64,000 nucleotides of DNA from a virus. Taxonomy: Duplodnaviria; Heunggongvirae; Uroviricota; Caudoviricetes. The position numbers and the translations under genes were made by a program. Positions 20,129 to 27,925 of the stretch are shown here, one piece after another. Location: IMG/VR virus record IMGVR_UViG_3300048904_000202, positions 4,007 to 68,006 of that record, one strand, 5' to 3'. The notes under the pieces are model-generated. The model made no database searches and had not been told where the DNA came from. It was given only the letters and a program-made list of their open reading frames with translations. How positions within the stretch are numbered: position 1 is the stretch's first letter; each line of letters opens with the position of its first letter.

Positions 20129-20131
20129 GAC

Positions 20132-20431
20132 TTACGCCTTCTTGGGCGAAGTCGGCTCGGGCGCGTGGAAGCCCGGCGAACGGACCTCGAACAGTGCAAG
20201 CCCGGCGGAGAGGAAATCGCGAAATTCCTGTTCGCCCATCACCAGCGCGCCGCGCCCGTTGACGCTGACGGTCCAAGTGATCTGCGGCACCTTTTCGCCG
20301 TGCATCACATTGACGAGGACGTTGCTCTTCTCACAGAAGGCGCCGTTGATCTTGACGCCGGGACTCTGCTCGAAGTCACCGGTAATCTGAGCGTCGGGAA
20401 GACGCTTGAGGAAGTCGAATGGGCTGGACAC
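20132..20431 (-). CDS. Hypothetical protein
   Basis: Co-oriented ORF with GGAG upstream. Confidence 0.55.
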   Translation of the reverse strand: MSSPFDFLKRLPDAQITGDFEQSPGVKINGAFCEKSNVLVNVMHGEKVPQITWTVSVNGRGALVMGEQEFRDFLSAGLALFEVRSPGFHAPEPTSPKKA

Positions 20432-20504
20432 AGAGGTCTCCTGAGCCCGCCGGGCGCGAGGCCCGGCGGGTGCTGATTGTCAGCAGTGGGGAAGTGCTTC
20501 GAGG

Positions 20505-21674
20505 TTAGTCGAAGCGACGCAGGCGAGCGTTGCTCGGGGCGCCACGACCGGAACGCGGCGCCGGAGCCTCGTCTTCCTCGGCCGGCTCTTCGCGACGACC
20601 GCGACGGGGCGCGGGCGCCTCATCCTCTTCGGCCGGTTCTTCGCGGCGGCTGCGACGCGGCGCCGGAGCGACATCCTCGTCCTGAGCGTCTTCGTCGGCC
20701 GGAGCGGCGTCACGAGCGCGGCGAGCTTCCGAGCGACCACGCGGAGCCGGAGCGGCATCCTCGTCTTCGTCGGGCTCTTCACGCCGCGTTCCGCGACGCG
20801 GTGCCGGGGCCTCGTCCTCGTCGGCCGGCTCTTCACGACGGCTGCGGCGCGGGGCCGGAGCCTCGTCTTCCTCGGCCGGCTCTTCGCGACGACCGCGACG
20901 GGGCGCGGGCGCCTCATCCTCTTCGGCCGGTTCTTCGCGGCGGCTGCGACGCGGCGCCGGGGCCTCGTCTTCGTCGCGATCACGACGCGAGGCAGCCTTC
21001 GGCTTTTCCTCGGGCTCGTAGTCGCTCTCGTCGTCGCCATGGTCGCCGGCCATCATGGCCTCGGCCTCGGCCGCGCTGACCCAGCCGACGATCTTCATCA
21101 CGAGGCTGTACTTGCGCCCGTGCTTCTTGACCTTCGGCATGTAGCTCTCGACCGTCAGTTCGACGATCGGGAGTTCGTCCGGATGCTGCATGAAGAGACG
21201 GCCATACTGGCCGGCGAGCTTCTTGAGCGAACGGACCTGACCACCGGTCGAAGTCTTGAACAGCAGCTTGGTACCGACCGCTTCGTCCTTGGTGTCCTCG
21301 CCGTAGCTGTACAGGACAGCCGAAACCGAGGCGGCTTCGCGCCAGCCGTCGTCGTCGTCGTTGAACGGGCCGTGGTCCGTCAGTTCGTGTTCGAGCGGCG
21401 GTTTGCCATCGACCACGTTGACCAGCACTTCCTCGACGACCTGACTGTCGTCCCAGCAAATCCAGCCGAGGGCCATGGATTGCATGTCGACGATGATCAG
21501 CGACTTCTCCGGCAGATCGTCATCGTCCGAACCGAACGTGATGTCGCCCTTGTTGCCGTTGAACTTGAGATAGGCCCCATCGGCAACGCCGCGAGCCGCT
21601 TCGGCCCACGGGTTTGCGCCGCCATAAGCCGCGAGGGCGTTGCCGCCCCCGTTAGTGGTAACGAGAGAACCCAT
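20505..21674 (-). CDS. Putative ssDNA-binding/annealing protein with repetitive charged tail
   Basis: Globular N-terminal half (YLKFNG.KG...G) and low-complexity tail; lies near the Cas4-like nuclease and Pol A as in many phage replication modules. Confidence 0.5.
   Translation of the reverse strand: MGSLVTTNGGGNALAAYGGANPWAEAARGVADGAYLKFNGNKGDITFGSDDDDLPEKSLIIVDMQSMALGWICWDDSQVVEEVLVNVVDGKPPLEHELTDHGPFNDDDDGWREAASVSAVLYSYGEDTKDEAVGTKLLFKTSTGGQVRSLKKLAGQYGRLFMQHPDELPIVELTVESYMPKVKKHGRKYSLVMKIVGWVSAAEAEAMMAGDHGDDESDYEPEEKPKAASRRDRDEDEAPAPRRSRREEPAEEDEAPAPRRGRREEPAEEDEAPAPRRSRREEPADEDEAPAPRRGTRREEPDEDEDAAPAPRGRSEARRARDAAPADEDAQDEDVAPAPRRSRREEPAEEDEAPAPRRGRREEPAEEDEAPAPRSGRGAPSNARLRRFD
20545..20990 (-). 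repeat. Imperfect in-frame tandem repeat, about 51-nt unit (EEPAEEDEAPAPRRxRR), about 7-8 copies
   Basis: Units visible in both DNA and protein. Confidence 0.9.
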
Positions 21675-21742
21675 ATCATCTCCAATGGGTGGTTAGGGGA
21701 ATGACCGGTTGTGGACCCTTCACCGGTGGGAAGGTGGACCGC

Positions 21743-22054
21743 TTAGTTGGCGGCGGTCATGGCCGGGGTGTTGCCCGGCAGCGCGGCCTTGAGGGCCGCG
21801 ATGATGGCGGCGGACGCCACCTTGTCCTCGATCTTGGACTTGATGGTTTCCACCTCGTCCTCGACCATCGCTGCGATGCGAGCGATTTCCGCCTTGGCGT
21901 GGCTCTCGGCGATCTCGATGTCCTCATGCATCGCGGCGACATCGAGGTGATGTTTGGCGAGGAATGCGTCGAGCCGGGCGTCGAGCTTCTTGAAGAACGC
22001 GACGATCGCGTTCGCGTCCCGCGCGATGACGCGCAGGAAGGCACTGGTCAGCAT
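21743..22054 (-). CDS. Hypothetical helical protein
   Basis: Ala-rich coiled-coil-like ORF downstream of the promoter at 22150. Confidence 0.6.
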   Translation of the reverse strand: MLTSAFLRVIARDANAIVAFFKKLDARLDAFLAKHHLDVAAMHEDIEIAESHAKAEIARIAAMVEDEVETIKSKIEDKVASAAIIAALKAALPGNTPAMTAAN

Positions 22055-22149
22055 GTCGGGTTGCTTTCCGTTATGGGTGAATGGAGGCGGTTGTCCATGA
22101 GCGGCTCTCCACGCTCGGCCTATTCTCGCTAGACCCAATGCCCATGAAT

Positions 22150-22169
22150 GTCAAGTGAAACTAACACTC
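22150..22169 (-). promoter_or_regulatory. Conserved phage promoter element GAGTGTTAGTTTCACTTGAC
   Basis: Identical 20-mer at four sites; ends in a TTGAC -35 box. Confidence 0.7.
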
Positions 22170-22181
22170 GTGGTCATTGTT

Positions 22182-22546
22182 CTAGCGGTTGTAGAGGGTC
22201 GGGTCGGTCGAATAGTCGGGCGCACGTCCTTCATCCGCAGCACCATCGGAGTCCATGGGTTGTCCGCTGGCCGCCGGCTTTTTCTGGAGTCGAAGGGCGA
22301 GGATGAATCCTTGCTCGAACAAGTCACAGCCGTGCTTGAATGCGGTGGCATCCTTTTCGCTATCTTCTGCGCGTCGGTGTAAAGCGGAACGATCAAGGAG
22401 ATCGGAGGCCGCCCGGCCGCTGCTTCCTGCATCTTGTCGAGGATGGCCGCAGTGCAAACCAACGGCTGATCTTTCACGGGATCACGTGGTGGTAGAGCGA
22501 CGGTAGGGGAAGCAGCAAAGGCCGCTGCGAGCAACGCGATCATCAT
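22182..22546 (-). pseudogene. Secreted protein gene with an apparent single-base frameshift near 22361
   Basis: Signal peptide MIALLAAAFAASP...YTDAQK continues plausibly in another frame as SEKDATAFKHGCDLFEQGFILALRLQKK...; may be a sequencing indel. Confidence 0.4.
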
Positions 22547-22551
22547 GTCGA

Positions 22552-23607
22552 TCAGTCCTTGAGCTTGACGGTCAGGCGCTCGTAGCCGTTGCCTTCTTTC
22601 TGATAGTCCTCGATCGACTTGCCGGCCTCGGCGAGGTCGGCCGCGAGCAATGTCTGGTCGAGGGATTTCTTGCCGCCGATCCACGCAAGCGAGATCGAGA
22701 AGCGGTCGTCCGAGGCACCACGGCTGTCCGCCTTGCGGAGCAGTTCCTTGATTTCGACCTCGACGGCCTTCTTGTCTTCGTCCGCGTCCTTGGCGACTGC
22801 GGCGAGTTCCTTCTGCCGCGCGGCGAGGACCGCGAGACGTTCCAGCGTCTCGTCGTTGACCTTCTGCTTTTTCGTCGGCATCGCCTCCTCGGACGCGATG
22901 GCGCATTCGGTCTGGAACTCGCAGAAGTCGCAAGCGCCGCTCAGCTTGCCCTCGGCCATCAGGTCCTTGGGATTCTCGGTGCGGAACACCTGCTTCGAGC
23001 GATCGATCGCGACCTGATAAATTTTCGGGTTGCGCTTGATCACGAAGATGCGGATGTCGGTGAGCCACGACGCGTTCATGTAGATGATGATCGCGTACTC
23101 GGGCCGATACTCGGTCAACTCGTGGAGAAGACCCATCTGCACCTGCGTCTGTCCGGCGTGGACCGGCTTCGCTTCCTTGATGTTGGCGCGCGGGTCGAAC
23201 GACTTGAACTCGACCACGAAGCAATCGGACTCGATATCTTCGACCCCAAGCTGGGCGAGTGCATCACGCGGCGCGTCGATCACCAGACCGTCCGGCGTGG
23301 CGGACAGGCGGCCCTTCTTCAAGGTCTCTTGCTCATCACCCGCAAACAGGAACTCGCATCCCTTGGGAAGGATCGACTTGACGGCGGGGACCGCGAAATG
23401 ATTTTCGATGATATCGCCGCGCGTCGCCGCACCCCAATCGGGGTTGTGGCCATCGTCGGGCTCGTACTGGTATTTCTTGAAGTACGCCTTGCGGATGCAA
23501 TCGAAGGCCTCGGACGCACCGACCGACGCATTGCGATCGTACTTCCAAGACTTCTCGTTCGACTCCTTGAAGCCGGCGAACATGTTGGCGAAATCAAAGG
23601 CTGCCAT
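22552..23607 (-). CDS. PD-(D/E)XK Cas4-like exonuclease
   Basis: DC.RK.Y, SATPDG, VVEFKS, Q.Q.QM, C-terminal C..C.F...C. Confidence 0.8.
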   Translation of the reverse strand: MAAFDFANMFAGFKESNEKSWKYDRNASVGASEAFDCIRKAYFKKYQYEPDDGHNPDWGAATRGDIIENHFAVPAVKSILPKGCEFLFAGDEQETLKKGRLSATPDGLVIDAPRDALAQLGVEDIESDCFVVEFKSFDPRANIKEAKPVHAGQTQVQMGLLHELTEYRPEYAIIIYMNASWLTDIRIFVIKRNPKIYQVAIDRSKQVFRTENPKDLMAEGKLSGACDFCEFQTECAIASEEAMPTKKQKVNDETLERLAVLAARQKELAAVAKDADEDKKAVEVEIKELLRKADSRGASDDRFSISLAWIGGKKSLDQTLLAADLAEAGKSIEDYQKEGNGYERLTVKLKD

Positions 23608-23616
23608 GTGGTGAAC

Positions 23617-23850
23617 TCAGTAGGGGTCCACGCTCGCGGACTGGCGGCGACGCGCCTCGTCGACCGGCGTGCGGACCTTGGTGGAAATGGGATGTGAGCA
23701 GGTTGGACAGTCGACCGTGATGAAGTCGCCGTCGCGCTGGTCACCGGCGATCTTGCCGTCTGCGCCGGTGAACTCGAACCTACAGGTGCACCGCGTGCAA
23801 TCTGCCGTGTACTTGATCTCGGCGGGGACGATTCCCGGCTTGATGGCCAT
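23617..23850 (-). CDS. Small Zn-ribbon protein
   Basis: CTRC...CPTC. Confidence 0.6.
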   Translation of the reverse strand: MAIKPGIVPAEIKYTADCTRCTCRFEFTGADGKIAGDQRDGDFITVDCPTCSHPISTKVRTPVDEARRRQSASVDPY

Positions 23851-24113
23851 CACGCCTCGTCCTCGTCCACGAAGGGTTCGGGCTTGTAGGGAGCGCCCTC
23901 CCAGATCACGTCCGCGATCTTGGTGGGGAGGGAGCCGAAGTCGTTGAGCCAATTGAGGTTGACCCACCGGTCTTCCAACGACATGTCGCCGCCAAACTCC
24001 ATGGCGAGGCGCATCCCCTCCATGAGGTCTATCTGATGACCCTCGGTGCGGAGAGTGCCGTCCACGTAGATGCCGATCCAGTCGTCACCCTTAGCGACTA
24101 CGAGATGGGTCAC
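23850..24113 (-). CDS. Hypothetical protein
   Basis: Coupled overlaps. Confidence 0.55.
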   Translation of the reverse strand: MTHLVVAKGDDWIGIYVDGTLRTEGHQIDLMEGMRLAMEFGGDMSLEDRWVNLNWLNDFGSLPTKIADVIWEGAPYKPEPFVDEDEA

Positions 24114-24661
24114 TGGACCATCCGGGTTTTCAGCCCGACCTTCTCACTGGTCTTGTTGAACTTTCGGGTGGCCGCGTCGTCAGCATCGATCCCGGCGAGT
24201 GCCGCGATGATTGAGATGTTCGTCAGCGTCTCTTCGAGATGGATTTCCAAGTCACCCACGGTCGCCCGCGAGCCCGGCATCCCAAGTTCTTCACGCTCCA
24301 GCTTTTTGACGACGTTGCAGGCCTTACCGGCCGAAATGGCCAGAGAGATAAGCGTGGAGCGGAGGTAGTCGTGCCGTTCTTCGGCCGAGACAGACGGGTA
24401 GATGTGCGAATGAATCGATGGCAGTACGATGTTGAATCGCAAGGCCACGAGATCGATACAGATCACACCGTCGCCGATCTCATCGAGCAGCGCTTCGAAG
24501 CGCAAATCGCAGGGATTCCACGACCAGTCATCGGCCGCGTCGATTAATTCGGAGACCTCGCCGGCAAGCTCGTTGCTGGCATAGGTGTGGGTAGTCTTAC
24601 CGGCCGCCCACTCGACCTGACGCACGAGGTTCGCTTCGCGTAGCGTGTTGTACGTGGCCAT
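24110..24661 (-). CDS. MazG-like nucleotide pyrophosphohydrolase
   Basis: NELAGEVSEL...DEIGDGVI; second repeat CNVVKKLERE; KFNKTSEK. Confidence 0.7.
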   Translation of the reverse strand: MATYNTLREANLVRQVEWAAGKTTHTYASNELAGEVSELIDAADDWSWNPCDLRFEALLDEIGDGVICIDLVALRFNIVLPSIHSHIYPSVSAEERHDYLRSTLISLAISAGKACNVVKKLEREELGMPGSRATVGDLEIHLEETLTNISIIAALAGIDADDAATRKFNKTSEKVGLKTRMVQ

Positions 24662-25041
24662 CAGAGCGACGCCGCGCCGAAGCCGATGATCCCGGCCTGA
24701 GCCACGATCTTGAACAGCTTGTCCTTGAACTGCTGGTCGGCCGGAAGCTGGTCGAACGGCACGATACACGGGTGCGTCTTGGCTTCCGCGTCCTTGATCT
24801 CGCCATAGACCCAGCCGTCGTTGACCTTCTCGGCCATCCACGAGTCATGGGTCGCCGAGTCCGAGGCCTCGGGATTGTTGTTGACGAAGTGGACGCCTTT
24901 GATGGCGCTTTCCTGCTGCCAGAGTGGCGATTCCGCCCACGGCTTCTGGCTGTTGTCGCCGGTAAAGATGCAGAACTTGCGGTTCGCCTCGTGGCAGCAG
25001 ATCGCGATCAGCGTCGCGGCGGTGTCGCTAAGCTGTGTCAT
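24661..25041 (-). CDS. RyR-domain protein
   Basis: CHEAN...HDSWMAEK...GWVYG..KD...KTHPC.VPF..LP. Confidence 0.8.
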   Translation of the reverse strand: MTQLSDTAATLIAICCHEANRKFCIFTGDNSQKPWAESPLWQQESAIKGVHFVNNNPEASDSATHDSWMAEKVNDGWVYGEIKDAEAKTHPCIVPFDQLPADQQFKDKLFKIVAQAGIIGFGAASL

Positions 25042-25337
25042 CAGTTGAGCGCCTGACGCAGGGCGGCGCGGAGCGCTGACACGCTGATCATCGCGGTGTA
25101 GTCGGGATTGACCTGCGAGTGTTCGAGCGCTGCGGCGTAGGAGCAGATCACGAACGTCCCGTCCGCAAAGACGACCTGATGCTGGCCCTTGCTGTCGCTC
25201 GGATCACCCAGACCGTCCTCGCCTGTCGTGGCAAGGAACTCGGCCATGAGAGCGCTACGGGGCACGGTCATTTCGACCGTCTGGACATAGCTGTCCGTGG
25301 CGTCGTCGCGGACGCACGAAATCGTCTTGATGTTCAC
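25041..25337 (-). CDS. Hypothetical protein
   Basis: Co-oriented, coupled. Confidence 0.5.
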   Translation of the reverse strand: MNIKTISCVRDDATDSYVQTVEMTVPRSALMAEFLATTGEDGLGDPSDSKGQHQVVFADGTFVICSYAAALEHSQVNPDYTAMISVSALRAALRQALN

Positions 25338-25345
25338 GAGTTACC

Positions 25346-25549
25346 TCAGATTCTGTTGGCGTTTGCGATGGCGAGGCCGAGTTCGTGTGTGGCCTCGTCG
25401 ATGTTCATGAATGGTCCGGTGCAGTCACCACGCAGCGGTTCGCGGAAGTACCACTCGCCGCGCTGGTGTCCGTTGAACTGGTCCGGGATGCGGAAGGGCA
25501 CGCCCCACGGCCACTGCATGTCCGTCTTGATATGCAGGATGTTGCCCAT
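25346..25549 (-). CDS. Hypothetical protein
   Basis: Co-oriented, coupled. Confidence 0.5.
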   Translation of the reverse strand: MGNILHIKTDMQWPWGVPFRIPDQFNGHQRGEWYFREPLRGDCTGPFMNIDEATHELGLAIANANRI

Positions 25550-25830
25550 CAGCCGACCAGTGCCGTGACGATCTTTTCGAGCCGGCAGACCGCGATCTTG
25601 ATGGATCGGCGATATGTCAGGAGACGTGCGACGTACTCTTCCGGGTCTTCGCCCGGCTCTGCTAGCCGTTCGAAAACTTCCTTGCGGAGACGACGCACTT
25701 CGAACTCAGCCGCGACCGGTGTCAGGTGAATCGAGCGCGCGATCGGCTCGCCCCACGTCGTGTTGTTTCCCGCGCCCGAGGGATGGGGCAGAGACACGAC
25801 GACATAGGCGCGGTTCGGGATCGCGCTCAT
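25549..25830 (-). CDS. Hypothetical protein
   Basis: ATGA overlap with the exonuclease gene. Confidence 0.5.
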   Translation of the reverse strand: MSAIPNRAYVVVSLPHPSGAGNNTTWGEPIARSIHLTPVAAEFEVRRLRKEVFERLAEPGEDPEEYVARLLTYRRSIKIAVCRLEKIVTALVG

Positions 25831-26624
25831 ACCAGCACCTTCGACGCAATGATCTGCTCGGCCAGCGCGTTCTCGAAGGTCGTGCCGGACACGTTCAGTT
25901 CGGTATCGGCGCGGGTGATCATCTCAACGAGCGCGGCGCGCTTGTCGGCGGCCGTGGGGATGTCGAGCCAATTGACGACGTTCGGATCGAGGCCGCCCTT
26001 GATCAACTGTTCGTCGAGGTAACCAAGACCGCCTAGTTTATGGAACACGCGGCGCGTGGCGAGGATGTCGACGATGGCCGAGTGGGCGCCGTCCAGCCCT
26101 TCGTTGAAGAAGAACTGCATCGCCTCGATCAGCTTGGGCCACTTGAAGCCTGAGCCCTTGCCGTCTCCCTTGGGCAGCCGACACACCGGCGTCGCCGCGA
26201 GCATGGTGCAAATTGTCGGGCGACCGCATAGTACCGTTTTTGGCGACACGTCCGGCCGCAGCCGGTTGTATTCCATGCCGATGATCTTGGTGTCGAAGGC
26301 GACGTTGTGGCAGACGATGAAGTCGGCGTTCTCGGCCGCGACCACGAACAGTTCCACCGCGTCGGCGATCGGGATGCCGGACTCGCGGCACATCTCTTCC
26401 GTGATGCCAGTCAGTTCGCTGGCGATCTTGCCGATACCGGTCCCGGAGTCCTGCTGGATCGGCCAGTTGTCCGGCTCGATCAGCGTGTCCACGACCATCG
26501 CATCGTGGCCATTCACCTCAAGGATGAAACCAAGCTGCGTGATGTGAGGCTGTTCGGGATGGTTGTACGGCTTAGATGCCTTGGGCAGGCCGGTCGTTTC
26601 CGTGTCGAAGTAAAGGACGTTCAC
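25827..26624 (-). CDS. DEDDh 3'-5' exonuclease (DnaQ/epsilon-like)
   Basis: FDTETTG, HNVAFD, WPKL.E, AHSAIVD. Confidence 0.9.
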   Translation of the reverse strand: MNVLYFDTETTGLPKASKPYNHPEQPHITQLGFILEVNGHDAMVVDTLIEPDNWPIQQDSGTGIGKIASELTGITEEMCRESGIPIADAVELFVVAAENADFIVCHNVAFDTKIIGMEYNRLRPDVSPKTVLCGRPTICTMLAATPVCRLPKGDGKGSGFKWPKLIEAMQFFFNEGLDGAHSAIVDILATRRVFHKLGGLGYLDEQLIKGGLDPNVVNWLDIPTAADKRAALVEMITRADTELNVSGTTFENALAEQIIASKVLV

Positions 26625-26953
26625 TCGGCACCGTCCATCTGGGCACGCAGCACCATCGGCGTGAGGGTGCGGCTGGCGGCGCTGCGGCTCTGTTCCAGCA
26701 CATGTTCATCGAGTGCGGCATCGGAGGCGGCGAGACGCAACGCCTCGTGGGTCGCGTTCCGGATCGTCCGATAGGCGATCATGATCACGATCAGCAGCAC
26801 GAAGGGCGCGACCGCGACGACGGGATTGATCTTCGTGTATCCGAAGAAGTTGCTGGCGGTCATCGCAGCCGAGGCGAGCGTGAGAACGACCGCTTCTGTG
26901 ACGGTCACAGAACCGGGGTTCTCCGCATACGGGAGATCATCGAAATTGATCAT
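26621..26953 (-). CDS. Membrane protein
   Basis: Two TM segments; downstream of the promoter at 27003. Confidence 0.5.
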   Translation of the reverse strand: MINFDDLPYAENPGSVTVTEAVVLTLASAAMTASNFFGYTKINPVVAVAPFVLLIVIMIAYRTIRNATHEALRLAASDAALDEHVLEQSRSAASRTLTPMVLRAQMDGAE

Positions 26954-27002
26954 GTCGGGGAACTTTCGTTGTGCAGTTTCGATAGACACAGGATGGTTAA
27001 AT

Positions 27003-27022
27003 GTCAAGTGAAACTAACACTC
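27003..27022 (-). promoter_or_regulatory. Conserved phage promoter element (TTGACA-N17-TATCGA)
   Basis: Identical 20-mer GAGTGTTAGTTTCACTTGAC. Confidence 0.7.
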
Positions 27023-27397
27023 GTCGTTACGGTCAGTGAGCGCAGGACCGAACTCGATGGGTCCGCGCGAGATCGTTGCTTCGCGGTAACCGTCGATTTT
27101 TGCTTGCCAGTGCAAGTCCCGCTTTTCGCTGAGGACGGCCCGCAAGGCGTTGAACCCATCGAAGCCCTCTGCGGCGAGATCATCGGCGCCGATAACGAGA
27201 CCGGCATCGTAATCGGCCGCAAACTGGCCGCCGTACGAGCGCTGCCAGTATTCACGCATAGAGACCGAGGCGTTGCCGGCCGCGCCGGGATTTCCGACGT
27301 TGTACGGACCTCCGCTGGTCGAGCCACCGAAGTGGGTGCCGACCGTGTAGGGTTTACCGACGCCGGGGCGCCGCTTGTCGCTGAGACGATAGGTCAT
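27014..27397 (-). CDS. Hypothetical protein
   Basis: Gly-rich N-terminus; co-oriented. Confidence 0.45.
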   Translation of the reverse strand: MTYRLSDKRRPGVGKPYTVGTHFGGSTSGGPYNVGNPGAAGNASVSMREYWQRSYGGQFAADYDAGLVIGADDLAAEGFDGFNALRAVLSEKRDLHWQAKIDGYREATISRGPIEFGPALTDRNDEC

Positions 27398-27497
27398 ATC
27401 AGGTCCTTGACTCGGTCGCCGTTGAAGCGGAGCGACCACCACGCCATGACGCCGGCCGCCAAAGCGACCACGCCGACAATTGCTGCGAGGTCCCAGA

Positions 27498-27686
27498 TCA
27501 CAGGCGGCTCACGGCCATGAGGGCGACGCCGATCAGCGCCAGCACGAACGAGACGCGCTTGTTCTCCGTCATGTCGTGGATCATGATCTTGTAGATACCG
27601 CTGAGGCTGGCCAGCGCGAGCAGTGTCAGAAAGCCGCCGAGGAAGAGAACGATTCCGGGGCAATAGGCTTCGAGTCCGGTATTCAT
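27498..27686 (-). CDS. Small membrane protein
   Basis: Two TM helices. Confidence 0.5.
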   Translation of the reverse strand: MNTGLEAYCPGIVLFLGGFLTLLALASLSGIYKIMIHDMTENKRVSFVLALIGVALMAVSRL

Positions 27687-27925
27687 GCGATGTCCTTCGG
27701 GAGTTGGAGGCAGCCAGTGCAGGTCACGTGGCTGCGACGGTAATCGGACCAGATGCCGACATTCGGTATGCCACAGGCCACCATGCCGGCTTCGTCTCGG
27801 GCTGGCTCTTCGTGACGCCAGTGGATCGTGTTATCGTCCACGTCGATTCCTTGGAGTGATGATGGAGATAACGAGGGCGGCCACGAGGCCGCCCACGATG
27901 AGGGCTGGGAGATAATCGTCGGGGA

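Noticed and set aside
22150-22169. Host CtrA boxes as the repeated promoter motif
   Set aside because: The spacing is GTTAG-N5/6-YTRAC rather than TTAA-N7-TTAA; reported as a distinct motif.
20545-23607. CRISPR system (repeat region near a Cas4-like gene)
   Set aside because: The repeats are in-frame coding repeats without unique spacers; stand-alone Cas4-like nucleases are common phage recombination proteins; no cas1, cas2 or effector.
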